This document shows positions 37,079-45,870 of a stretch of 64,000 bases of DNA, piece after piece. The notes below the pieces were generated by a model. It worked only from the letters and a program-made list of their open reading frames with translations, was not told the DNA's origin and did not search any database. The stretch is from an uncultured bacterium. Its GTDB lineage: Bacteria > Acidobacteriota > HRBIN11 > JAKEFK01. The stretch covers positions 1,575,814 through 1,639,813 of the forward strand of contig CAVZQN010000004.1 of assembly GCA_963777505.1 (NCBI GenBank), written 5' to 3'. Made by a program: the position numbers and the translations under genes. Positions within the stretch are counted from its first letter, which is position 1; each line of letters opens with the position of its first letter.

Positions 37079-37870
37079 TTAAAACTCAGAATGGAGAACT
37101 TTTCGTAATTCGTTTCGGTAACTTCGACCGAGTGGTAGGATGGTCCCATTTCGAAGCACAACGCGATAGTCACGTTTGAACCATTGCTGCAGTTCTTTAA
37201 TCGACTCTACGTTTACAATTGCTCCGCGATGAATCCGCACAAATGAAATCGGATCCAGCTCCTTTTCGAGTAATCCAATCTTTTGCCGTATCAAATATGT
37301 CTCTTTTCCTGAATGGATCCGTACGTAATTATCTTCTGCTTCAATCCAATCAACTTCGCGGGCTTTTATAAAAAATATTCGTCCTCTTTCTTTAACCGTA
37401 AACCGATCCAGATACATGCCTTTCCCGGACAGTGATTCAAGCATCGAATAAGTTCTCTGGATCCACTCTTTTTGGTTTCTTGTACGAAGTTCATTTTTCG
37501 CATGAATGACAGCTTCTTCAAATCGCTTTTTCTTGAATGGTTTCAAAAGGTAATCGAAAGCATGAAGCTCAAACGCTTTGATTGCGAATTCATCATAAGC
37601 GGTGACGAAAATAACGAGGGGCATCGACCCTTCATTGATTTTCTTCAGGACTCCAAAGCCATTCATGTCGGGCATCTGAATATCCAAAAAGAGAATATCG
37701 GGTTTTGAACCCGTTAATGCTGCCACAGCTTCAGTGCCGGTTGCGCATTCTGAGACCACTTGTAGTTCGGAATCTTTTTGGACGAGTTCACGGATACGAG
37801 TTCGCGCTAGCTCTTCATCATCAACGATCATGATCGTGATTTTGTTTTGCTCGATCATGTTTTTACCCAT
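37079..37870 (-). CDS. LytTR-family two-component response regulator
   Basis: CheY-like receiver (IMIVDDE...DILFLDIQMPDMNGF) and C-terminal LytTR DNA-binding domain. Confidence 0.85.
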   Translation of the reverse strand: MGKNMIEQNKITIMIVDDEELARTRIRELVQKDSELQVVSECATGTEAVAALTGSKPDILFLDIQMPDMNGFGVLKKINEGSMPLVIFVTAYDEFAIKAFELHAFDYLLKPFKKKRFEEAVIHAKNELRTRNQKEWIQRTYSMLESLSGKGMYLDRFTVKERGRIFFIKAREVDWIEAEDNYVRIHSGKETYLIRQKIGLLEKELDPISFVRIHRGAIVNVESIKELQQWFKRDYRVVLRNGTILPLGRSYRNELRKVLHSEF

Positions 37871-38975
37871 GGGTTCGGATGGGGATTTTCATTTCAACAC
37901 TGACCCCGCCTTCAGACCGATTTGATAATCGAAATTCATACTCGTCAGTGTAGAGACGTTTTAATCTTTCCTGCACATTGCTAAGTCCGATTCCATTGAT
38001 AGGCTTATCGGAAAGTTCAGGGCCATCGTTGACCACCTGAAGGAAAAGATGATGATCATTCTTTCGTGAGGAAACTTCAATCCGGCCAGAATGAATATGT
38101 GCGATTCCATGTCGTATCGCATTTTCGATGATCGGCTGCAAAATTAGATTCGGAACTTTGAGCGGAAGAGTCTCCGGGTCAATTTGCATTTCTACTTTCA
38201 AACGATTTCTGAAGCGGATTCTTTCAATCTCCAAATAACTTGATAAAAAACGAAGTTCTTCTTCTAGAGTGACTTCCAGTCCTGAACTACTTTGAAGGGT
38301 TAACCGTAAGAAATTTCCGAGTTCACCGATCATTTCATCTGCATCTTCTGGATTTTTGTGGATTAAAGCTGAAATGGAATTCAGAGTATTAAAAAGAAAA
38401 TGAGGATGAAGCTGCATTTTTAATGCATCAAGCTTTGCCTGTGCTAGCTGAGTCTTCAACTCGGAAGCCCTGCGTGAATAATCGAGTGCGTGATATCCCG
38501 CGAGAATGATCCAGTAAATCAAAATGCCGATATGGAAGTCGATCGCAAAGATCATTTTGAAAATCCGTTCAGGATCGTACTGCGCTCTTTGTATAGCTTC
38601 AGGAAATTTGACAAACAATGCGTCTGTGATTGAAGCACTCGTGGCGAACGCTTCCGTGAAACGAATGACGAACCAATAAATGATGGAAAAGATCGCAAGA
38701 TGTAAAAGAGAAATGAGAATACTTGCGATGCCATTCGTTATGAAGAATCGTTTTCGGGAGCCTGAGAATTGAGGTGAGCGCTGGATTGTTCGGATAACAA
38801 GCGGAAACAAAAAAATCCACAAACACCAACGAGTCAACTCCCAGCTGATGATGTTGGACCAGCTCATTGTAAATCCGCTGTTTAGTGCAAGGAGGCGGAG
38901 TTGCCATGAAAAAATAAATCCGATTCCAACCCAGGCTAAAACAAACAGCAGGATCTTGATCCAGCGTTTCTGCAT
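37863..38975 (-). CDS. LytS/YehU-type sensor histidine kinase
   Basis: Multi-TM N-terminus, LHPHFLFNTLNSI (His_kinase internal region) and HATPase motifs; 8-nt overlap with the regulator gene. Confidence 0.85.
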   Translation of the reverse strand: MQKRWIKILLFVLAWVGIGFIFSWQLRLLALNSGFTMSWSNIISWELTRWCLWIFLFPLVIRTIQRSPQFSGSRKRFFITNGIASILISLLHLAIFSIIYWFVIRFTEAFATSASITDALFVKFPEAIQRAQYDPERIFKMIFAIDFHIGILIYWIILAGYHALDYSRRASELKTQLAQAKLDALKMQLHPHFLFNTLNSISALIHKNPEDADEMIGELGNFLRLTLQSSSGLEVTLEEELRFLSSYLEIERIRFRNRLKVEMQIDPETLPLKVPNLILQPIIENAIRHGIAHIHSGRIEVSSRKNDHHLFLQVVNDGPELSDKPINGIGLSNVQERLKRLYTDEYEFRLSNRSEGGVSVEMKIPIRTHG

Positions 38976-39106
38976 ACTTCATATTTTACCGACTTGTCGG
39001 TCAATAGCATGATTTGGTGGCGAACGGTCCGATTTCACTGGCGACCTTTCTCTTTGAGTCTTTGCGGTTCGAGCGTATTCGAGTATTCTTACAAGGGAGT
39101 AATACA

Positions 39107-39646
39107 ATGCCATTGGTTCATTTTGATAGACAAACGGTTCTAGATTTTTTCAAGGTTTCGCCTGAAGAAGCTGAGGAGATAATCAAACAAATTGGATATA
39201 AAGATCCGATCGATGTTCATGATGATTTTTCAGGTGATGATGTAAAAGCTATGGCGATGAGCTATGCGCATAAGTCGCATCCTTCAGCGAAGGACAACGA
39301 CAAAGTCTCGTTCGGAAGCCAGGTCAGTTATCTTGTTTGTGGAATGTATACTGGCGTAGCTCATTATATTAAGGAACAAAAAGCAGAACGCACCTTCGAA
39401 GAGTTTAAGAAAGCATTCGGTGTAGATCCGGGCGATGAAGGTCCGGAAATTAAGGGCGAAATTAGCAGTCCTGAATTTACAATTGCTGGAATCATCCTTC
39501 TCGAAGGAATGATTTTGTCGGAAGATGATCAGGCCAACGTAAATCAGTCCATAGGACTTCTTGACCAGCATGCTTCCTCTTTTGCACCCAATCGTCTGGA
39601 TTCCATCAAAAAAGTCTTGTCAGGTTTGCAAAATCTTAAGCTCTAA
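39107..39646 (+). CDS. Hypothetical protein
   Basis: Start set to ATG 39107 preceded by AAGGGAG RBS; no recognisable family. Confidence 0.4.
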   Translation: MPLVHFDRQTVLDFFKVSPEEAEEIIKQIGYKDPIDVHDDFSGDDVKAMAMSYAHKSHPSAKDNDKVSFGSQVSYLVCGMYTGVAHYIKEQKAERTFEEFKKAFGVDPGDEGPEIKGEISSPEFTIAGIILLEGMILSEDDQANVNQSIGLLDQHASSFAPNRLDSIKKVLSGLQNLKL

Positions 39647-39673
39647 TCCTTTAATATTTTCCCACAGCGACAT

Positions 39674-41152
39674 ATGAGTACAGAAGAACAGTATATTCAG
39701 CAAAGACGCGAAAAGCTGGAAAAGCTACGCAGTCTTGGTGTGGATGTATATCCGCGCAAATTTGAATACTCCAAACCTGTTTCTAAAATTCTGCAAGCCA
39801 ATCACGACAAAACTGCTGAACAACTTGAGCATGAAAAAACGCGAGAAAAAATCGCCGGCCGGATTGTCGCTTTGCGTGGGCATGGTAAAGCAGGTTTTAT
39901 GAATTTGCAGCAGGATGGTGCGCAGCTTCAGGTCTATGTAAAAAAGGATCTGGTTGGAGATCAAAGTTTTGCAATTTATGAATGTCTTGATATCGGCGAT
40001 TTTGTTGGGATAGACGGTGAGTTATTTCGCACGCGGACAGGTGAGTTAACTGTAAAAGCGGAAAACATTACGTTTCTTTCAAAAGCGCTACGACCGTTGC
40101 CAGAAAAATGGCATGGTCTTCAAGATGTTGAATTGCGTTATCGCCAGCGCTATCTGGACTTAATCGTGAATCCCGATGTACGGCGGTATTTTGAAATTCG
40201 AAGCAAGATCGTAGCTGAAATGCGCAGCTTCATGGATTCGCATGGATTTATGGAAGTTGAAACGCCGATGATGCAAGTCATCGCAGGAGGGGCACTTGCG
40301 CGTCCCTTTAAAACGCATCACAACACTCTGGATATCGATTTATTTATGCGAATTGCTCCCGAGTTATTTTTAAAGCGATTAACTGTGGGTGGTCTGGATC
40401 GAGTCTACGAGATCAATCGGAATTTTCGGAATGAAGGAATTTCAACGATGCACAATCCGGAATTCACAATGCTGGAATTTTATACGGCATATTTTGATTA
40501 TAACGATCTCATGGAGTTCACTGAAGAATTAATCGGCAGTCTTGCTCAAAAAATTCTTGAGAAGGATCAATTGGAGTTTGAAGGTCAAACGATTTCTCTC
40601 AATAGGCCATGGAGAAGGTTAACCTTCGCGCAAGCACTCATTGAGTTGGGCGGCATTTCTGCAGAGTTGTTGGAAGACGAAAAGGCATTGCGTGCGTTCG
40701 CAATTGAAAAGCATATTAAAGATGCGGCGAAGCTTTCGAAAGGCAAACTATGGGGCGCCCTGTTTGATGAATATGTAGAAGATAAATTAACCGGTCCGGT
40801 TTTTATAACCGACTACCCACGCGATCTTTCGCCGCTTTCGAAATCGCGTGCTGACAATCCTGAAATTGTCGAACGATTTGAGCTGTATATCGGTGCGATG
40901 GAAATCGCAAACGCATACAGTGAGTTGAATGATCCTGTTGAACAGCGGATTCGATTTGAAGAACAGCTCCGTGCCTATGAAGCAGGGGATCAGGAAGCCC
41001 ATGCGATGGATGAAGATTATGTGACTGCACTTGAACATGGTATGCCTCCGACAGGCGGCGAAGGATTGGGCATTGATCGTTTAACGATGCTATTTACCGG
41101 TGTACGTTCCATCCGCGAAGTAATTTTATTTCCGCTTCTAAAACCGCGTTGA
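39674..41152 (+). CDS. lysS: Lysine--tRNA ligase (class II)
   Basis: Class II motifs FRNEGIS and GGEGLGIDRL; N-terminal OB-fold anticodon-binding domain. Confidence 0.95.
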   Translation: MSTEEQYIQQRREKLEKLRSLGVDVYPRKFEYSKPVSKILQANHDKTAEQLEHEKTREKIAGRIVALRGHGKAGFMNLQQDGAQLQVYVKKDLVGDQSFAIYECLDIGDFVGIDGELFRTRTGELTVKAENITFLSKALRPLPEKWHGLQDVELRYRQRYLDLIVNPDVRRYFEIRSKIVAEMRSFMDSHGFMEVETPMMQVIAGGALARPFKTHHNTLDIDLFMRIAPELFLKRLTVGGLDRVYEINRNFRNEGISTMHNPEFTMLEFYTAYFDYNDLMEFTEELIGSLAQKILEKDQLEFEGQTISLNRPWRRLTFAQALIELGGISAELLEDEKALRAFAIEKHIKDAAKLSKGKLWGALFDEYVEDKLTGPVFITDYPRDLSPLSKSRADNPEIVERFELYIGAMEIANAYSELNDPVEQRIRFEEQLRAYEAGDQEAHAMDEDYVTALEHGMPPTGGEGLGIDRLTMLFTGVRSIREVILFPLLKPR

Positions 41153-41183
41153 GAAACTTTTGCGCCTCTGCGGTTAAATAAAC

Positions 41184-42413
41184 ATGAAATTTGAATTATC
41201 GGTAGCACTGCGATATTTGCGCGCCAAACGAAAACAAACTTTGTTGTCCGCAGTGTCCTTAATCGCAGTCCTCGGTTTTATCCTTGGTGTAATGGCGCTT
41301 ATCATTGCGCTTGCATTAATGACAGGCTTTCAAGAAGACATCCAGGCGAAAATCCTTGGTGCCAGCGCACACGTTCTTGTATATCCAACAGGATCCCGCG
41401 GAATCAAAGAAGTAGATAGTACTATAGACATAGTACGTAAAGATCCAATGATTACTTCCGTCTCGGGCGTTGTCTATGGCAAAGTGATGGTCTACACAAC
41501 GGGCGGCGCCGATGGAATCGTGTTGAAAGGAATCGATCCAGTAAAAGAAAAATCCGTTACGGAGCTGACATCAAGTCTTGATGAGGCGGCATTAAAAGCC
41601 TTAAGCGATCCCGGACAGGAGAGAGAAGGGATCGTTTTGGGAAGCGACTTAGCAGAAACTTTGCGTGCAAAAAAAGGGGACCTCGTTACGCTTGTTTCAC
41701 CCGAAGCTCTTTTAACTCCGCTAGGATTGATGCCGAAATTCAAGAAACTTCGAGTGGTCGGAACATTCCGAAGCGGAATGTACGAATATGATCAAAACTG
41801 GGCCCTTGTTTCAATGAAAACGGCCCAACGGCTTTTTTCACTCGGCGAATCTGTTACTTTAGTCGAAGCTCGAATCAACAATATTCATCGTGCCAATGAA
41901 GTATCGGATCGTTTACAAAAGTCTCTAGGAAGCCGTTTCTTTGTTGACAATTGGATTAATCAGAATCGTTCATTATTTTCTGCAATGAAATTGGAAAAAA
42001 TCATGCTGTTCATCACAATTACGCTGATCGTGCTGGTAGCAGCATTTAATGTAGTTTCAACGTTAATCATGATGGTGCTTGATAAAAACAAAGACATCGC
42101 AGTCTTAATGGCAATGGGTGCAACAACAAAGCAAGTCATGCGCATTTTTATGATTCAAGGTGTCTTAATCGGAATTGCAGGAACTTTGATTGGTGCAATC
42201 CTTGGAATTGTAACTTCCTTGATCATGGATCATTACAAAGTAATCCAGCTTCCACTCGATGTATATTTCATTCCCTATTTGCCATTTCGCTTGCGATTTG
42301 AAGATGTTGCCTTCGTTACCGCAACAGCACTTGTCATTAGTTTTTTATCAACGCTCTATCCGGCAATCCGTGCATCAAGAATCAATCCGGCAGAGGCTTT
42401 GCGTTATGAGTGA
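41184..42413 (+). CDS. lolC: Lipoprotein-releasing system permease (LolC/LolE, FtsX/MacB-type)
   Basis: N-terminal TM helix, periplasmic domain and C-terminal FtsX-like 3-TM bundle; adjacent to the lolD-like ATPase. Confidence 0.8.
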   Translation: MKFELSVALRYLRAKRKQTLLSAVSLIAVLGFILGVMALIIALALMTGFQEDIQAKILGASAHVLVYPTGSRGIKEVDSTIDIVRKDPMITSVSGVVYGKVMVYTTGGADGIVLKGIDPVKEKSVTELTSSLDEAALKALSDPGQEREGIVLGSDLAETLRAKKGDLVTLVSPEALLTPLGLMPKFKKLRVVGTFRSGMYEYDQNWALVSMKTAQRLFSLGESVTLVEARINNIHRANEVSDRLQKSLGSRFFVDNWINQNRSLFSAMKLEKIMLFITITLIVLVAAFNVVSTLIMMVLDKNKDIAVLMAMGATTKQVMRIFMIQGVLIGIAGTLIGAILGIVTSLIMDHYKVIQLPLDVYFIPYLPFRLRFEDVAFVTATALVISFLSTLYPAIRASRINPAEALRYE

Positions 42414-42425
42414 GCGCTACGGTCC

Positions 42426-42500
42426 AATCTGTTGTTTTCTTGCAGGCAAGATGCCTGCCGCCCGTAATGCGGACAAGATGTCCGCGCTCCGAAGCAGAGG
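42426..42500. repeat. REP-like element (reverse-complement copy of the 35704 element) in the lolC-lolD spacer
   Basis: gcaggcaagatgcctgc cgcccgtaat gcggacaagatgtccgc read directly. Confidence 0.7.
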
Positions 42501-42509
42501 CATTGCGTT

Positions 42510-43220
42510 ATGAGTGATGGAACCGCAAAGGCGCAAAGTGAGATTCTTTTATTAGAAGCGCGAAGCTTATCAAAGAGTTACCAATCGCCTGTTCGCAGGA
42601 TTGATGTGCTGAATGAATTAGATCTTCAAATTCCGCATGGAAAGACAATTGCAATTATGGGCGCGTCCGGAGTAGGGAAAAGCACTTTGCTCCATGTACT
42701 GGGTATGCTGGATCGTCCGGATAGCGGTCAAATCTTGTTTGAAGGACGCGATTTAGCCTCTTCAACAACACAAGAACTTGCAGACTTCCGCAACAAAAAA
42801 ATTGGATTTGTTTTTCAGATGCACCATTTACTTCCGGAGTTCAATGCGCTTGAAAATGTCATGATGCCAATCCTGCTAAGGAATTATGATCGCAAGGTGG
42901 CTGGAGAGCGCGCGATGAAAATCTTACATGAAGTGGGTCTTTCAGAACGTGCCGATCATCGCCCGGGACAACTTTCAGGAGGCGAACAGCAGCGTGCCGC
43001 AATCGCAAGGGCTCTTGTTAACGATCCACCTTTAGATTCTTGCTGATGAACCTACTGGAAATCTTGACGAGCGTACAGGTGAAACAATCTTCCAACTATT
43101 CCGCGATCTTCATTCTCATCGCAAACTATCTTTCATAATTGCCACTCACAATCCTGCCCTTGCGGCTATCTGCGACGAAACGTACGTTCTCCATGAAGGA
43201 AAACTTACACCGAAAATTTA
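42510..43220 (+). pseudogene. lolD: Lipoprotein-releasing ABC ATPase LolD, interrupted by an apparent 1-nt insertion (~43035)
   Basis: Walker A GASGVGKST and signature LSGGEQQR. The ORF stops at NDPPLDSC*, and the next frame reads ILADEPTGNLDE...ATHNPALAAICDETYVLHEGKL*. Deleting the g in cctttaGattctt restores LILADEPTG. Confidence 0.7.
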
Positions 43221-43290
43221 ACAAACTTTGCGTCTTTGCTATTGAGTTATCCTCTGAAAACGTTGAAAAATTGTAGTAATTCTTGTAAAA

Positions 43291-43320
43291 TCAAGGCGCG
43301 CGAGCCGGAGTTGAAGCGCG
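43291..43320 (+). promoter_or_regulatory. Candidate sigma70 promoter for clpC (TTGAAA-17-TAAAAT) followed by ~100-nt structured leader (GCGCGC...GCGCGC palindrome)
   Basis: Hexamers and spacing read directly; no ORF in the leader. Confidence 0.4.
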
Positions 43321-43429
43321 CAGATGTTGGGCGTTTCATAATGCTCACTTTTAAGTTGCAGTCCTTCTTGCAATCCGGACGTGAGGAGGCTTGAAACTTG
43401 AAAACCATACACGTACTTTTAGGGTGAGC

Positions 43430-45832
43430 ATGTTTGAGCATTATACAGAACGGGCGATTCGTGTTATTCAGTTTGCGAGGTACGAGGCCACACAGCTGGG
43501 GAGCCGCACGATTGAAACTGAGCATTTGTTGCTTGGTTTAATCCGTGAAGGGAACGGAATTACAAGCCGCATTTTTAACCGCTGCAAAGTTACCTTCGAA
43601 GAGATTCGAAAAGAAATAGAATCCCGCGTAGTACTCAAAGAAAAAATTTCTCCTTCCGTTGAACCTCCACCTAGCCCTGATGTTGATAAGGTTCTTGCTT
43701 TTGCTGCAGAAGAAGCTGAGCATCTCAATCACAAATACATAGGGACAGAACATATCCTTCTTGGCATTTTACGTTTAGAGAGTTGTGTTGCTGCAGAGAT
43801 CCTCCGTCAAAAAGGGATGAAACTGACTGTCATTCGTTCGGAGATTTCGAACATTCTTAACGAAAAGGCCGGTGCGAAAGTAAAAGAATCTCCAACACTT
43901 TACGAATTCTGTCGAGATCTTACCGATGAAGCAGCCCGCCATAATCTGGATCCGTTAATTGGGCGTAATGATGAAATGGGCCGGATTATTCAAGTGCTCT
44001 GCCGCCGTTCGAAAAATAATCCGCTCCTTGTTGGAGAACCTGGAGTTGGTAAGACTGCATTGGTCGAAGGTCTTGCTCAGCGCATTGTGGATGGTGAAGT
44101 CCCTTATCATTTGACCGACAAACGCGTTCTTGCATTAGACATTTCGCTTGTCGTTGCTGGTACAAAATATCGCGGCCAGTTTGAAGAAAGAATGAAAGCC
44201 ATTCTGAAGGAATTGGTCGAATCCCCTGAAATTATTATTTTCATCGATGAAATCCACACACTGGTCGGAGCCGGTTCTGCGGAAGGTTCTTTAGATGCAG
44301 CCAATATTTTGAAGCCCGCACTTTCGCGCCGGGAAATTCAATGTATCGGAGCGTCCACTCCTGCGGAATACAGAAAATATATTGAAAAAGACCGTTCACT
44401 TGAACGGCGTTTCCAACCGATCCGAATTACTCCACCATCAGAAGATGACAGCATCCGTATCCTTGATGGCCTAAAAGAGATTTACGAAAATTTCCACAGT
44501 GTTAAATACACCGAAGATGCAATCAAAGCATCCGTATTTCTTTCTTCACGTTATCTGACTGAACGTTTCCTTCCGGATAAAGCGATTGACTTAATGGATG
44601 AGGCCGGATCGAAAGTGAAACTGAAGACTTCACCTCAACCGAGCGAACTTTCGGATATTAAGAAAAAAATCAAAACGATTGTAGATCGTATGGAAACTGC
44701 AATCTCAAAGAAGGAATTTGAAAAGGCTGCATTTTATCGTGATGAAGAAATGCTTCAGCGTGAAAATCTGATGATGCTGAAAGATAAGTTGAACAGCCAA
44801 ACTCAAAAGAATCTGGTAACGGAAGAAAACATCAGCGAAGTTATTTCTACATGGACAGGCATTCCGTTGAGTGCCATCAATGAAGTCGAATCTCAGAAGC
44901 TTTTGCGAATTGAAGAAGAATTGCGCAAATGGATGGTTGCTCAGGCCCAGGCAATTGAGGCTGTGGCACGTGCAATCCGCCGGTCAAGAATTGGTCTGAA
45001 AAATCCATCTAAACCGATCGGCTCCTTCCTGCTTTTAGGACCTACTGGCGTCGGTAAGACTGAATTAGGCCGCTCGTTGGCCCGACATATGTTCGGAAGT
45101 GAAAAGTCTTTAATCCGCTTTGATATGTCTGAATTTATGGAAAAGCATTCGGTCTCAAAACTAATTGGTTCACCCCCAGGGTATGTCGGATATGAAGATG
45201 GTGGACAACTGACTGAACTTGTTAAACGTACACCGTATTCGATCATACTTTTGGATGAGATCGAAAAAGCTCATCCGAGCATCTTCAATGTGTTGTTGCA
45301 GGTGCTCGAAGACGGTCATTTGACCGATTCTTTCGGAAATAGAATTGACTTTAAGAACACGATCATTATTATGACTTCCAATATTGGAGCCCGATTAATT
45401 GAAAAAAGTGGAAGAATGGGCTTCCGTGCTCCAGATGAGTTAAAGGAGTATGAGGACACGCGCGAGGAAGTCTTGCAAGAAGTGAGGAAAACTTTCAATC
45501 CGGAATTCATCAATCGTTTGGATGAAATTATTGTTTTCCATCCTCTGTCTGATGATGATTTGCTTCAAATCATCCATATGATGATTCAGCAGATTAACAT
45601 CGATCAAAAGGAGGAAAAACCGCGAATTATGCTCTCAGAAGCTGCCATGCGTTGGCTGCTGGATAAATCATGCCGGGATAAACGTTACGGCGCTCGTCCG
45701 CTTCGGCGGGCAATTCAACGTTATGTTGAAGATCCGATCGCTGATCTGTTGATCCGGAATGGGATTGAAAAGAATACGGCAGAAATTCGTGTAGAAATTC
45801 AAGACGAAAAACTCGTCTTTAGCCAGTCCTGA
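43430..45832 (+). CDS. clpC: ClpC-type AAA+ chaperone ATPase (Clp_N repeats, two AAA modules, UVR-like linker)
   Basis: Two Clp R-domain repeats, Walker A GEPGVGKT and GPTGVGKT, UVR-like EFEKAAFYRDEE; start at ATG 43430 (MFEHYTERAI). Confidence 0.85.
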   Translation: MFEHYTERAIRVIQFARYEATQLGSRTIETEHLLLGLIREGNGITSRIFNRCKVTFEEIRKEIESRVVLKEKISPSVEPPPSPDVDKVLAFAAEEAEHLNHKYIGTEHILLGILRLESCVAAEILRQKGMKLTVIRSEISNILNEKAGAKVKESPTLYEFCRDLTDEAARHNLDPLIGRNDEMGRIIQVLCRRSKNNPLLVGEPGVGKTALVEGLAQRIVDGEVPYHLTDKRVLALDISLVVAGTKYRGQFEERMKAILKELVESPEIIIFIDEIHTLVGAGSAEGSLDAANILKPALSRREIQCIGASTPAEYRKYIEKDRSLERRFQPIRITPPSEDDSIRILDGLKEIYENFHSVKYTEDAIKASVFLSSRYLTERFLPDKAIDLMDEAGSKVKLKTSPQPSELSDIKKKIKTIVDRMETAISKKEFEKAAFYRDEEMLQRENLMMLKDKLNSQTQKNLVTEENISEVISTWTGIPLSAINEVESQKLLRIEEELRKWMVAQAQAIEAVARAIRRSRIGLKNPSKPIGSFLLLGPTGVGKTELGRSLARHMFGSEKSLIRFDMSEFMEKHSVSKLIGSPPGYVGYEDGGQLTELVKRTPYSIILLDEIEKAHPSIFNVLLQVLEDGHLTDSFGNRIDFKNTIIIMTSNIGARLIEKSGRMGFRAPDELKEYEDTREEVLQEVRKTFNPEFINRLDEIIVFHPLSDDDLLQIIHMMIQQINIDQKEEKPRIMLSEAAMRWLLDKSCRDKRYGARPLRRAIQRYVEDPIADLLIRNGIEKNTAEIRVEIQDEKLVFSQS

Positions 45833-45870
45833 CGATCCGGCCACAATTCAATATTATTAAAGAAAAGAAT

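Noticed and set aside
42259-42513. 84-aa ORF in the lolC-lolD spacer
   Set aside because: It is composed almost entirely of the REP-like palindromic element and the lolC 3' end, so it is spurious.
41184-43220. Considered whether the REP element in the lolC-lolD spacer encodes a leader peptide or attenuator
   Set aside because: There is no start codon or RBS in frame, and the sequence is a near-exact reverse copy of the 35704 element. It is more likely a repeat insertion.
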